Positions 10,505 through 22,218 of a stretch of 64,000 nt of DNA are shown here, one piece after another. The stretch covers positions 768,001 through 832,000 of the forward strand of contig CM000432.1 in the NCBI GenBank assembly GCA_000165345.1. Direction: 5' to 3'. Every line of letters begins with the position of its first letter. Position 1 is the first letter of the stretch. The notes beneath the pieces are model-generated. The model did not search any database and had not been told where the DNA came from. It saw nothing but the letters and a program-made list of their open reading frames with translations. The position numbers were made by a program, and so were the translations under genes.

Positions 10505-12592
10505 TTACATATTAACTAGTTTCAAAATATAATATAATGGCTTGAGCTCTTCAATCGCACTTTTTGAGGGCTCATCATCGCCAGCAGGGAAGGTTTCTTT
10601 TCTACCAAAATATCTCCTTATTGAAATAACCGCATTTTTTCGAACAGTATTATCAGCAGATTCAGATAAAAGCATATTGCAACCCAATTTAAGTGTTGCG
10701 TTTGAATTATTATTCTCTATTATTTCGTTAAAAATGTAATATAAAGAGACTTCTTGGTATTTCCATGCAGATAATATACAATTTGCATCAATTGGGAAGT
10801 CATTACATGGAATGCCTTCTGGATCTAAAAGAACTCTAAGCTTCGGAAATTTGATAATTATTTGACCGCAAAGCTTAATTAAGAAAATACTCGAATCAAC
10901 TTCACCAGATTTGCACAATACGAGTGAAATTTCTGCGATAACAATTATGAGACGGTAAAGATAGCTCGAATTAGAACTTGAAAAAATGCTTGTATTAAGA
11001 ATGACTGTTGGTAGCTCTTTATCCTGAAGGGAAATACTCATCTCTTTCAAGTAATTAGAATCAGCTTTTTTAGGAGAATTGAGAATATTCTTCATTTTTA
11101 AATGTTCTTTCTCAAGTCTTAAAACAAGATATCTCAAAATCCAAGAATTATCTTCAAGTTGTTGCTCATTAAGTTGGTTTCCTCTTTGAAGTAAAGAAAA
11201 GCAACATTTAAGTACCATTACAAAACTTTTCCATTTTAGATTATCACTCTTATAGAGCTTTCCTTTTATAATTTCAATTAACTCAGATCTTATCTTCAAG
11301 CTTATCCTATTACTATACTGAGATATTCCTAGATAAACATGTTCAAGTTCATCCAAATCCAAAAGTAAAACTTTCGAGTAAAACGTGAAAAGGTGCTTTA
11401 AAATTTGTTCCTCTCTTTCTATAAGTATCTCAACCTTTACTCTAGTTGTACTTGTCTGTTGTATCTCATCAATAATTTCCTTGCTAATGGTGTTGGTGTT
11501 TGGACCAAAAATCCTCCTAAATTCACTCCTTGACTCTTCTATTCTATGCCAAGGAGCGTATTTAGTGAATGGTATAAGGATCCATTTTGAAAGTGTGAAC
11601 ATATTTGCGGCATTCTTCTTACTCTTTCTGTTAAATAAAGTCTCATGTATCATATTCACTGCTTCAACTCCTGTTTCAAGAGATGCATCGTTGGCTAACA
11701 TGTTTGTTAATCCTTCACAACAGTAAGAAAGGCAAGATCTCGTCTGAAGATCTTCTTCATTTCCTGACATTAAAAATAATATGATCATTCTAAGTAATAT
11801 AGTATGGTGATTGAAGTGATATGTCGCATCAAGTAAATCCATCGTTGACCTTAAAATGGCAGATTTGTTTTTAGTGATGGTTGTATTATTTTTAACACCA
11901 AACCCAAGTATTTTCTTTAGTAGAAGGCATGTTCTCTTATAAATATTGAGAATTTTCCTCTCAAAAGAGTGTATTTTTTGAGTTTCTTTTCTGAGACTTA
12001 CTTTATCATTTGAAGCATCAGAACCTGCGCCTTCTAAACCAATTATTTGACTTGAAATCTTATATCCAGGAACAAGATCTTTCACAACTATCAAAAGAGA
12101 AATAATGCAAAGCTCAATCGGGAAATTCACAGTACTCTTATTTAAATTACTTGAATTCCAATTTTTTTCGCAATACTCTAAAAGTACTGTGAGCAATTCA
12201 ATATTATTTTCTGGGTCAGCCATTACCAAATCACAAATTTTTGCAACATCTTTTGGTCTTTTTATTGAAACAATTTCATTATTAAAGTTATCGTCATTGT
12301 CATTAACTTTATTCTGTTTAACTTTCTTTAACTTAGCAGCTTCCTTCTTTTTTAGATCTTTTAAACGTCTCAACTCAGTTTTTGAAAGAATTTGCATATT
12401 TTCTTGACTTTTCCCCGTATTATCCCCTTCCAGATCTTGTTTTGCCTTCTTATTTACATTGTTTGTAGGAATATGCCACCCTTTTCTCTTGTTATCTAAA
12501 ATAGGTAACCCTGTTAGAGTATCCGCATTATCCGACCATTTTGCAAACTGAGTGGCTCTTCTTGCTCTTTCGTACTTTTCTTCAATTTCCAT
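10505..12592 (-). CDS. NOC3: Nucleolar complex-associated protein 3 (NOC3/NOC3L, ribosome biogenesis and replication initiation).
   Basis: The ORF is 695 aa. Several blocks align with NOC3L from memory: ADPENNIELLTVLLEY ~ SDPENNIKKLKELRSM, VVKDLVPGYKI ~ LFKDITPSYKI, LRKETQKIHSFE ~ TRKETQKLREFE and ATYHFNHHTILL ~ ALPHFNFHNNII. Confidence 0.7.
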   Translation of the reverse strand: MEIEEKYERARRATQFAKWSDNADTLTGLPILDNKRKGWHIPTNNVNKKAKQDLEGDNTGKSQENMQILSKTELRRLKDLKKKEAAKLKKVKQNKVNDNDDNFNNEIVSIKRPKDVAKICDLVMADPENNIELLTVLLEYCEKNWNSSNLNKSTVNFPIELCIISLLIVVKDLVPGYKISSQIIGLEGAGSDASNDKVSLRKETQKIHSFERKILNIYKRTCLLLKKILGFGVKNNTTITKNKSAILRSTMDLLDATYHFNHHTILLRMIILFLMSGNEEDLQTRSCLSYCCEGLTNMLANDASLETGVEAVNMIHETLFNRKSKKNAANMFTLSKWILIPFTKYAPWHRIEESRSEFRRIFGPNTNTISKEIIDEIQQTSTTRVKVEILIEREEQILKHLFTFYSKVLLLDLDELEHVYLGISQYSNRISLKIRSELIEIIKGKLYKSDNLKWKSFVMVLKCCFSLLQRGNQLNEQQLEDNSWILRYLVLRLEKEHLKMKNILNSPKKADSNYLKEMSISLQDKELPTVILNTSIFSSSNSSYLYRLIIVIAEISLVLCKSGEVDSSIFLIKLCGQIIIKFPKLRVLLDPEGIPCNDFPIDANCILSAWKYQEVSLYYIFNEIIENNNSNATLKLGCNMLLSESADNTVRKNAVISIRRYFGRKETFPAGDDEPSKSAIEELKPLYYILKLVNM

Positions 12593-12902
12593 GCTTTCCT
12601 AGTAAAGTAATAATTCCAATATTACCATAAAAAAAAGATTATTAAAGTTTTATATACTCTCGTTAGTTCACTTGATAATCCCGCAGCTATCAGCCATGTG
12701 CTTATTCAATGAGGCTACCAGAACATAAAACCGCAAGAAGTCTAACTCTCCACTTACAAATCTATAGCTACGATTCTTATATTAAACTTTTAATACACTT
12801 TTTCCTATTTTAAATTCAGACTTGTCAGCCTTTACAATTTTTATATACAAAAGGGCGCTCCAACTCAGAGAGTAGTAATATTACAAAATTCCTATAAACT
12901 TA

Positions 12903-12913
12903 TGGCGCCAAAA
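12903..12913. promoter_or_regulatory. E2F-like palindromic motif TGGCGCCAAAA, about 310 bp upstream of NOC3.
   Basis: Direct reading. It matches the GGCGGGAA/TGGCGCCA class described upstream of Cryptosporidium genes. Confidence 0.4.
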
Positions 12914-13160
12914 TTTTATTATTTTTTTACAATTCACATTAGGCAATTCAATGCAAAATTCAGGTCTTTGAGAGACAAAGGGAAAATCATATTTCATAAT
13001 TTGTCAATCCTATAATTGTCATTTTGAATAATTGTTCTGAATAGAAAAGGCAATAAAACTTCTCATAGTTATGTCCGCCTTTTTGATATTAAATTTGTTT
13101 TTTGATGTTTAAGAAAGATTTTCGAATAGAATTGAAAAATTATTGAGCTCCTAAAATACA

Positions 13161-13190
13161 TGCATTCATACTTGCATGCATGCACACACA
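13161..13190. promoter_or_regulatory. TGCATGCATGCA cluster (GCATGC-type motif) in the NOC3 upstream region.
   Basis: Bases tgcattcatacttgcatgcatgcacacaca. Confidence 0.35.
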
Positions 13191-13534
13191 ATATTTAGTA
13201 TCTAGCTCCTTATTTAGATTTTTGATGAAAATGAGATTACAAGTTTTGAATCAATAGGACACAAGCTTAATATGAACTTACTCTTTAAGTTAAGGAGCCA
13301 AGAATTAAGAATGTTCGAAGGTATTACATAATATTTTTATAAATTTCAAATTCTCTCTTCTTTCCCTTCTTCATTCCGCAATACTCTAAGAATTGATTAA
13401 TAAGTAGATATTGATATTCCAATCGTATTTAAAGAAATAACAAATACTTATACTTTTGCTAAAAGCGCCTATAATCTAAACGTTTTTTTTACAAACAAAC
13501 AAGAAAGATCATTTAGAGGTAAACTGGTAAATTC

Positions 13535-15403
13535 TTAGTTAATCATGTAATCCAAAAATTCGTTCCAGTCCACAACTCCATCGCCATTTGTATCAGCAGC
13601 CTTAATAATACTATCCCAATCTTTGTGAACAAGGAGCTTTTGGTCACCACTACAAAGTACCTTCTCAAACTCATTCACTGATAGCTTTCCATCGCCGTCA
13701 ATGTCCATTTTATTGAAAGCTGCCCTTATAACACCAAGTTCGCTGTCCCTCCATTCATAGCATGCTGCCAAAAATTCGGTATAGCTAATAAATCCTGTAT
13801 CATCTACGTCCATTGACTGAACAATTCGATTAATATCCCATTGTGGAACTCCAGCCGATTGTAGTCCTGAAATAAGCTCCTCTGGAGTAAGAACGCCATT
13901 TCCATCCTGATCTAGTGACTTAAATGCCTTGGTTATCTGCTTAATCTGGGGTCCAGTTACGTTTAATTGGTGTGCCATCATATTTACTAACGCATGTTTG
14001 AGCTGATTTTGCTTCATATAATTCTTCAAATTATGAAGCAGCCTATTATTGATGCAAATCGGTTCATTGTTAGATTTTGAATACCTGAACCAAGGATGTG
14101 AAAGTACCTCTCTAGCTGTTGGTCTACAAGCTGGATCTTTTTGAAGCATTAATTGTAGTAAATCTATTCCTTCTGGAGTAATATGTACGCAATCCTCTTC
14201 ATACTTTGGCTCTGTATTCAAAACACTGTTTCGTACTTCCTTTATACTTCTTCCTGTGAATGGAAGTGTTCCTGCTAAAAGAAAGTACATTACAACTCCT
14301 GCACTCCAAACATCACATTCCGTCGTAATATCACGCAAAAATACTTCTGGCGCCATATATAGCACAGTACCAGCCGCATGATTACTATGGTCATCCACAG
14401 ATTTAAAGATTTCTGCCAATCCAAAATCAATAATTTTTATTGAAGAGTGGTGTGATTTCTCTTGCATCAAGATATTTTCTGGCTTTAAGTCTTTGTGTAC
14501 TATATTTCTAGAGTGAAAATAGGCTAATGCTGCCATTATTTGTCTCATTATGTGTGCTACATATCTTTCACTTAGTCTGAAACCTTTAGATACTGCCTCA
14601 TGTATACGTTCAAAGAGTTCCCCTCCTCCACAATTTTCCATAATAATGTACATGTGTTCTTTGTCTTCGTATACCTCGAAGATTTTAATAATGTTTGGAT
14701 GGTCTAAACTTTTCAAAACTGCAACTTCTGCTTCTATTTGTTCTAAACTCATATTCGACAAAGATCTGTCAATTATCTTGCATACTCTTGTTAATCCACT
14801 ACATCTCTCTCTGACTAAGAAAACCTTTCCGAATGAACCCTCTCCAATTTTCTTATCAAAACTAAATATGCTTTCAATATCATCAGCTTTCTTTAAAGAA
14901 GTTCTACGTACAAATTGGTCGCGGGTAACCAAAATCGACTTTTCTGGGTAGTACTTTTCTCTTATACTATTCAATAAGTGCCAAAAGAATTTTGCAAATT
15001 GCTCGAAATTTAAAAAGCCTGTTTTTCCAACATCATACTTTGCAAATATTACTTTAAGCATTTTATCATCTATTGGAGGGAGCTCCAAGTTTATTGCTAA
15101 CCTCTCAAGCAAGCGTTTAGTTTCCGTATAATTTAATTTACCTCTTTTCTCTTCGTCAAACTGAGAAAATGAAGATTTTGCACTTTGAAGAAAAGAACTC
15201 TTACTTGACAAAGCCATTGCCAAACGAGTCCGGATTGCCTCTAAATTACTTTGCTCCTGCTCTTGGTACTGATCCTGGTCATCCACACCATAATCATAGT
15301 ACTGCTCTTGGTTTGAGTCTTCCAACTGCCCTACATTTGCGTAGTCTATATATTTATCGTATTCATTTTCCACAAATCCGTCGTCAGTATATTCACTACT
15401 CAT
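13535..15403 (-). CDS. Calcium-dependent protein kinase (CDPK) with an N-terminal extension.
   Basis: The ORF is 622 aa. It has the Ser/Thr kinase motifs GEGSFGKV, HKDLKPENIL and DFGLAE, then four EF-hand loops (DQDGNGVLTPEE, DVDDTGFISYTE, DIDGDGKLSVNE, DTNGDGVVDWNE). An extension of about 180 aa sits at the N-terminus and contains a degenerate EF-like loop, YDVGKTGFLNFEQF. Confidence 0.9.
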   Translation of the reverse strand: MSSEYTDDGFVENEYDKYIDYANVGQLEDSNQEQYYDYGVDDQDQYQEQEQSNLEAIRTRLAMALSSKSSFLQSAKSSFSQFDEEKRGKLNYTETKRLLERLAINLELPPIDDKMLKVIFAKYDVGKTGFLNFEQFAKFFWHLLNSIREKYYPEKSILVTRDQFVRRTSLKKADDIESIFSFDKKIGEGSFGKVFLVRERCSGLTRVCKIIDRSLSNMSLEQIEAEVAVLKSLDHPNIIKIFEVYEDKEHMYIIMENCGGGELFERIHEAVSKGFRLSERYVAHIMRQIMAALAYFHSRNIVHKDLKPENILMQEKSHHSSIKIIDFGLAEIFKSVDDHSNHAAGTVLYMAPEVFLRDITTECDVWSAGVVMYFLLAGTLPFTGRSIKEVRNSVLNTEPKYEEDCVHITPEGIDLLQLMLQKDPACRPTAREVLSHPWFRYSKSNNEPICINNRLLHNLKNYMKQNQLKHALVNMMAHQLNVTGPQIKQITKAFKSLDQDGNGVLTPEELISGLQSAGVPQWDINRIVQSMDVDDTGFISYTEFLAACYEWRDSELGVIRAAFNKMDIDGDGKLSVNEFEKVLCSGDQKLLVHKDWDSIIKAADTNGDGVVDWNEFLDYMIN

Positions 15404-16922
15404 TTTTTAGGCTTATTTTAACTGCTTATAGCTGATTATAGTATTTTCTATGGGAATTTTTTTTAAAAAAATACCTTCACAAAAAACTGACTTAATTTGA
15501 ATTTTTCTTAATCTGCCTCTAACCCAAGCTTTTTTTTATTCAAATACAAAAACTTTCCCTCCTTATTTAAATAACTAATTAATAAGATATTTATCTTCCT
15601 ATTTTTAGCAATTAAACTGAACTAATTCTTGTAATTTGTGGTGTTATTCAAGCCTTTTGAGTTATTTTTTAAGTAGCATGAGCTAAATCTAAAAGTACGC
15701 GTATGACGTTTTCTATTTGCTCATAAAACCATCAAAAACTCCTCAAAAGCTTTAACAGTGGGTACATATATGCTTGTATTTAACTTCGACCTTTTTATTA
15801 TTCAATTTATATGTTTTTTCACAGTCTATTTTTTACTTATTCTTTTTTTCTGTATTCATTACATGCAATTTTTATGTTCCTTAATTCCCGCCTAACTATG
15901 CCAGACCTTTGAAGTTAGTATGTTACCGCTTAAAATTAAAAGAGTAAAAGTAAAAGGGGGGAGCGAGAGATATAGTAAAATGCAGTTTATTTTGAAAATT
16001 TTTGTGAAGGATTTAAACATTCCCCATTGATTTCATAAGTCTATCTAAGCTCGTTAGTTATATTCAATAGAGGATATGTTTGGTGAATGGGTTAACTCTA
16101 CTTCAATTTATCAAGACTGGATTTCTCTAATTTAAGCTTGGTGGCTTTAATATGTATCTTCATTTGCCATTTTGAGGTAACTTTACTGCATTAACAAAAT
16201 TTGAGTTTCCAGAGACTTATACTCGAAAATTTTTTTTTGCATATTCGTGGATTTTGAGTTTACAAATTGAACAAAATTCCCAAATTAAAAGCCTGTATCG
16301 TCGAAAGATTTTTGAAGTACAGGTCGGTATGCAATAGAAGAGATAGGGGAAAGAGGATAGTTATTTAGAAAGACACTTGCGTTTAAGAACGGATGTTGCT
16401 CCTCGAAAATATTGGTTTCCGTTTTTAGTGATTTATGTCCTTAACCTATATTGAAACTCTAGACTTGTAATAGTTTGTTCTAATAAAATAATAAAGATAA
16501 TAAAACTAGGAGGAACTTAAGTGGGGAAGTTAACCACAAAACAAGGAAAAGTATAATTGAGTTTAAGCTTAGTGACGAGTTCTCCCAGTTAAAACTAAAA
16601 TGACAACTTCCTTCTTGAGCTCGAAGATGTGTCAAATATGAATTTGTATGCATTCATTTGTTTAGGTTCATCTCATACATCTAGAATCGTATATTTTTGA
16701 TTTACAATTCAAAATATTTACAAATATAAAAAGGAAAAATTCCGCCTACGTATAAAATCAATACGTTAATTTACTGCATAGTATTAAATGCTTTACTTAC
16801 AAGAATTACAAATATTTTAAAAAAAAAAAATCCCTCCATTTTATCTTATAAACTGCTAATTAATGTTATATAAATTTACACATTCTGCTATTTAATTTTT
16901 TTTAAAGTATTCGACGTGGAAA

Positions 16923-16941
16923 TGGCGCCATGTGTGGCGCC
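16923..16941. promoter_or_regulatory. Tandem E2F-like pair TGGCGCCATGTGTGGCGCC in the divergent CDPK/PH-protein intergenic region.
   Basis: Direct reading. It lies about 320 bp upstream of the PH-protein ATG at 17258. Confidence 0.45.
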
Positions 16942-17257
16942 TGGATGCAGAATAGAGGAAATTCCAAGTCAGTGAAATAGAAATCGAAGAATTTGAAAGA
17001 ATATTAACGTAAAATTTGGAGATAGATTTTCTCTATTTATCCGCTAAAACAGGCTCCCGTCCGCCTTATAACACGGCAAAGTCTAAGCTTAATGAGCATA
17101 AAGCCTGTCGAGAAAAGGAGTTTTTGAGACGTGGAGTTAAAAGGTTAGAAAGCATTCAACAAATATTTATCTGTTCAATTAGTTTCCGATCCAAGAATAT
17201 AAAGTCAAAGTATATGCATATATAGTAAGCCTTCCCAGCTCCTTGATCTATTTCAAG

Positions 17258-19486
17258 ATGGGCGACTTAAGTCATTCGTCAAATTTAAAGACGGATTATC
17301 TGGAGAGATCGGCTTCAATGGTTCAGGAATTAATTGAGCATGAATACGTTTCTGGATATCTTAAGAAATGGAGTCCAGTAATAGGTAGAGGTTGGCAGAG
17401 TAGGTATTTTGCTCTTCTAGAACAGGACAGAACATTGGTGTATTGGGCAAAGAAACCCAGTTTTAGAGATGAGCAACCTCGTGGATCAATTAATCTTAAG
17501 ATCGTAGAAAATGTATTTGCTGATGGCCCGCTTGGAATAACCCTAAGCACGCCGCATAGAGACTATCAACTTAGAGCGTCGACCCCAACTGAAAAGGACA
17601 AGTGGATGGATGCCATCATACTTTGGACCCTAAAGAGCAGAAAATACCGGTCGAAAGCTGAAGACTCAAAAAATTTCCGATTTAGCAATATGCTAATAGA
17701 AGCAACTCAGTCATGTCTGCATTATATAGTGGAGAGTTTTCTGAAGCCATTCAAGAAATCTGCGACAAGAGCCATAGAGGTTGGTCCTGAAACACTATCT
17801 AACTCGAATAAAAAAAAGTTCCTAAAGGATCGTGGATTATACAATGTGATATGTAAGGCTTGGATGGTTTCTAGAGAATTAAAGGGAAATAGAGCCAGTT
17901 CAAAGAGAAAAGGAAACTTGAATTATCTTAGAGACGGACTTGAAACGAGAGCTGTCTCTGCTCTGTCAATTGATAAGGAGTATCAATTTAATGAGATATT
18001 AATGCAAAAGGAACTCGATGATTGTCGTTGTCGCGAATCCAATCAGAATCAGCAGTTGTGTGAGGATACTCCTTTTGGGAATATGACTCATCAGAGCCAC
18101 CCCAGGTTTGGGGTGACTTCTCCCACTTTGAGCATGGAGAGCTCGGAAAATAGTCAAGATTCCGAGGTATTTTGTTCTCTTACTGAGATTGAAGACGTTT
18201 CAATGGGATGCGAAGCTGATGAAATTTTGATACCTTTTGATAGTGCTTTGTGTATATATGATCATAACTGTCCTCCTACGATAGAGGAAGATGAGGAGTA
18301 TGTTAGACTTAAGCAGCATAAGTATAGCCTGCAATTATCAGAACTCATGCTTAATCAGCTTTCAAATCTTTCAAATGAGGCATTTCTGGATAATTGTATC
18401 TTTGGGCTTGTTTATATTAAAAGAAGTAATCCAATAATACCTTCTTTACAAAGTAACAATATATTTTGGGCATTAATGATCAGTTCTAGATCACTCTCTG
18501 ATTCTCATCAAATTTACCCATCTCCACTATTAAGTGAGAAGACTATTTTAGGTGATTGCCTTAGTTTATATAGGGAGGTCAGAATTTCCTCTTCTAAAAA
18601 TAGCGTCACATCCAGCTCCAAGTACAGCTATAATCATAGTCGAACTCAAAGCCAAAGTAATAGAGATTCTATCCCTGTGCTTGGGGTTATTAAAAAATCT
18701 CATATATCAAAGTCCTCGATGGATGGAATTATGAATGCGAATGAATCTGGACTCAAGACTGAAGTCAAATACGTTGATCATAAGACCCAAATTGATAATA
18801 CCTTATTCTCTCCATTGGGAAATAATTTCCTGAACAACTTAAATGTCGACATTGGTAATGGTAGCGTGCATATTGGAATTAATAACCAGACTATGGACCC
18901 ATATGGATTCCTTCTTGATACATTATATCTCTATTATCCAAGGAATGAATCAAAGAACCCTGTCCATATGCTTGATCCTGGACTTATTATTTCTGTTGGA
19001 ACCATCTCTGAGAGTGTTAATGGTTTTAGCTTTTCAGTCTCATATCTTGGCTCATCTGTCATTGAGGATTATATTGCTTCTGATTTAGAGTTCAACGATG
19101 ACTCACCGTCCAATATACCATTCTCAAATGGCACAAATTTTGCTCCATCTATCGAAAAAGAGCCAATTACTCTTGAGTTTTGTACTAGGTCTTGGAGAGA
19201 TGCCAAAGCCTGGAGATATTCGCTTTTGGTTGCTAGAAAATCCAAAATGGCCGATAACTCTTATGAAGAAGCCGCCACAAAAAATTGTCAGTATGAAAAT
19301 AGAAATTCATGTGGAAGAGGAAAATGCGTGCATACTGATGACCACCATGCCAAGGGCCAAAATTACCATTGTTTTGATTCCTGTCCAACATTAACAACTA
19401 CAGCTAGTAGCAGTGCCAGAACCAGTCATGGTTATTATTTGACCAATTATAGGAGGAATATATCAAACTTTGCTCTACATAGATGA
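17258..19486 (+). CDS. PH-domain-containing protein with a long Ser/Asn-rich low-complexity C-terminal region.
   Basis: The track ORF starts at a TTG at 17243. The first ATG is at 17258, giving MGDLSHSS. The PH-like segment is VSGYLKKWSPVIGRGWQSRYFALLEQDRTLVYWAKK...GSINLKIV...REKDKWMDAI. The product is 742 aa. Confidence 0.7.
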   Translation: MGDLSHSSNLKTDYLERSASMVQELIEHEYVSGYLKKWSPVIGRGWQSRYFALLEQDRTLVYWAKKPSFRDEQPRGSINLKIVENVFADGPLGITLSTPHRDYQLRASTPTEKDKWMDAIILWTLKSRKYRSKAEDSKNFRFSNMLIEATQSCLHYIVESFLKPFKKSATRAIEVGPETLSNSNKKKFLKDRGLYNVICKAWMVSRELKGNRASSKRKGNLNYLRDGLETRAVSALSIDKEYQFNEILMQKELDDCRCRESNQNQQLCEDTPFGNMTHQSHPRFGVTSPTLSMESSENSQDSEVFCSLTEIEDVSMGCEADEILIPFDSALCIYDHNCPPTIEEDEEYVRLKQHKYSLQLSELMLNQLSNLSNEAFLDNCIFGLVYIKRSNPIIPSLQSNNIFWALMISSRSLSDSHQIYPSPLLSEKTILGDCLSLYREVRISSSKNSVTSSSKYSYNHSRTQSQSNRDSIPVLGVIKKSHISKSSMDGIMNANESGLKTEVKYVDHKTQIDNTLFSPLGNNFLNNLNVDIGNGSVHIGINNQTMDPYGFLLDTLYLYYPRNESKNPVHMLDPGLIISVGTISESVNGFSFSVSYLGSSVIEDYIASDLEFNDDSPSNIPFSNGTNFAPSIEKEPITLEFCTRSWRDAKAWRYSLLVARKSKMADNSYEEAATKNCQYENRNSCGRGKCVHTDDHHAKGQNYHCFDSCPTLTTTASSSARTSHGYYLTNYRRNISNFALHR

Positions 19487-20620
19487 TTTAAGGTCATTTG
19501 GTAGTATAAAATTTACTCAAGTGGATTTGTTAAATACACATCTATTGGAATTTCTTTGCATGAGGTACAGCAGAGGGGGGAAATGAGCAAAAAGAGGGTT
19601 TGAATAGGAAGTATTTTTTAAAAGGCAAGTACTTATTTTTTGCTCCAATGGAATTTATAGAGTTAAGTTTTAATGCTATACTTCTTTCCATCGTACGGGA
19701 GAATATATAATAAGCTGTTTGCTTACTGAGGTTTTTAATTTGGATTTAAGCTCTATTCAAGATATGGAAGGAAAATGCAAATCAAGATTAATGTTTTTTA
19801 CCTAAACAATTACATTGTTATTCTATAAAGCTCGAACTACTTTGACAAGAGAACTGGACAATAATATTCAAATAGGGATATTCATTAGTTGGGGTTCAGT
19901 ATTTGTGTTTATTAGGGGTTTTTAAAGGTAATAATGAAATTAGTAAAGTATCATTTAATCAGATTCTTAGTTGCAAAATTATAATTAGTAGCTGTTAAAG
20001 GTATAATCAGCAGAATTATCTTCTGGTTTTAAGTTTTAATTAAAAATGTTTAAATTTGTGTGTAATCTGTCAATATTTTATAGTATCGAAAAAAAAGAAT
20101 GAAATATAGCAAAATTTTAAAATATATATATTGATATATTAGATTTCCCTCAAATAATCAATTTTATGCCTTGATTCTGAATATGAATTGAGTCTTAATG
20201 TAAATAACGAGAAAAACTAAAGTAATGTTAACAAAGTAATTTTTTTTAATATCAAGTCTTGATATAATTTTTTTTATGAATGTAAATTTGTTGACTTTAG
20301 TTTAATACTAGGAAAGTCTGGTGATTTAATTTTATATTATTTATACAAATATATGTATTTGGAATAAGTGGTAAGAAGTGTATATGCCCTCTAACTTGCT
20401 GAAGTAATTAAGTTTTGCCTTATTAATCTTCTTGTAAGTTATTCACAGAATTATCAATAGACTCTCGCAGTATAAATATGATTCAAATAAGAGTTCTAAT
20501 ACCTTAGAAGACTTTCTTATAACCATAAAATTCCAAATTCTTGGAAATATACTGGCGTGAATTTAATGCAATTAAAATGGAAGCAGATAGGCTGGATAAA
20601 TATCATCTTTTTCCATTATA

Positions 20621-21905
20621 TTAAAGGTTTTCTGAAGTAGCTTTTGGAGTTAAGAAGCCACTAATAAACAATTTACCATCTTTCTTCTTTCTCTTTGTAC
20701 ATAGAATCAACTTTTTTGCCAGCTCTGTCCAGGGATAAGTTTTGATCTTTCTAGAATGAATAGAATTATCTTTCTTATCAGCACGAGATTTGCTTGTAGT
20801 AATTAACATACTATCGCTGCATGTGGACTGAACTCTTCCAACATTTTGAGTCTTAGAAATATCTTGTGGATAAGATGAAATATTGGCTTTGATGGATTTT
20901 GTAATAGTAGAGTCTTCTCCAGAGTTAGGAATAGTGTGTGAAATTTCAATTCTATCTTCAGAAATGGGTGAATCAGCAGTTAAACTGTTGGTTGAAGGGA
21001 TATGAGTATCAGGGGAACTAATATCGGCTTTAACTAGAACTGAATTTACTTGAGTCTTTTGGCATTCTTGATTAGAATCCTTTTCTTGGATTCTATTCGC
21101 AAGGATGACCGAATTTTGTCCAAAATTCAGGCCTTCTTCCATAATATGATTAGCTAACTCTTCCAAAGGTTTGAGTTCATTACACTCCAACAAGTTATTA
21201 AGCATAACTGTATATACAAAATGCTTAAGGCAATAATTAACATGAGCTGTTGCTGTAATTGATTCTACATGCGTCCAATGATGGCAGTAAATATGACTAT
21301 AAACTCTGAATAATCTTCTTAATATGTTTTTAACAATTAATTGAAAATCGTCAGTAAAAGGCACCCCTAAAGATAGAGGGATAAATAAAAATTAATTTCC
21401 CAAATTTGGCTTAAACTTACCAGGCTTTAAAGGAAAGATTCTGGTATCTGAAATCTGGGAATCCACCCATAAAAACAGAGACTTGATATAAACAGTTGCA
21501 GGTAAAGGCAGTGCAGCCTTCTTTGGATCTTCTTGCCATTTAAATACCATGAAATGAGCTCTCATAAGTGGGCAATGGCAGACATTGCTAACAAATCCCC
21601 ATGCCATCTGAGCATCTTTGAACAGATCCATAACTGGGAATCAAAAAATGAGTAAAAGATGTACAAGAATAATGAAACAAAGATATTATAAAAAGAGTGG
21701 GAATATTTCTCTTTTTTGTTTTATCTTTCTTTGCTTCATTTTTTTCAAACTCACCTTTATGTGCTGCCCATTCATCTCTATTTATGCCTTCTGGATTCTT
21801 AACTGCTTCATAAAGTATGGATGTATCAAAAGTTTGGCTTAGAACATCACAAGAAATTGGTGCTTTCATTACTGTATCCATTGGTTGTTTATTATTCGTA
21901 GCCAT
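20621..21905 (-). CDS. MOB1: MOB kinase activator (MOB1 family) with a ~165-aa low-complexity C-terminal extension. It has three exons: 21905..21755, 21633..21421 and 21366..20621.
   Basis: Three track ORFs (109, 79 and 247 aa) join through GTGAGT..CCCAG and GTAAGT..CTTTAG introns. The joined protein aligns continuously with MOB1: EWAAHK|VMDLFKDAQMAWG ~ EWIAVNTVDFFNQINMLYG, CPLMRAHFMVFKWQED ~ CPVMSAGPRYEYHWAD and FPLKPG|VPFTDDFQLIVKNILRRLFRVYSHIY ~ [32 protein letters not shown]. The total is 1110 nt, or 369 aa. The ATG is at 21905, while the track's start at 21917 is a TTG. Confidence 0.75.
21367..21420 (-). other. MOB1 intron 2 (54 nt, GTAAGT..TTTAG, phase 1).
   Basis: The donor is GTAAGT, the reverse complement of acttac at 21415-21420. 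The acceptor AG is at 21368/21367. The junction reproduces the conserved PxKxG-VPFP motif. Confidence 0.7.
21634..21754 (-). other. MOB1 intron 1 (121 nt, GTGAGT..AG, phase 1).
   Basis: The donor is GTGAGT, the reverse complement of actcac at 21749-21754. The acceptor is cccAG at 21635/21634. The alignment to MOB1 is gap-free across the junction. Confidence 0.7.
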
Positions 21906-22218
21906 TTTTGTTTGCAAATCGACTATTATTCAATGGCTAAACAATGTTTCTTCATAATAATTATTTTAAAAAGAGTTAATTTCTATTTAATATCAGCTTC
22001 AGTCATTTCAACCAGTTATTAATATTTTAATTTATATATAAATATATATATAAATATATATTTATATTTGCATTCTTAAATATCCTTGTTTAGTTCATTT
22101 TTAAATTTATTAATTTTTTTTTTCTTTATAAAATTTCCCTTAAAATTCAATTTCTCTAAATCTCATACCTTTTGTTTACCTGTGATATAATTCCGTATTA
22201 TATACAATTTATTACTCC

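Noticed and set aside
17016-17225. 69-aa ORF just upstream of the PH-domain gene.
   Set aside because: It is short, has no recognisable features, and lies in the promoter/5'UTR region in a different frame. It is likely spurious.
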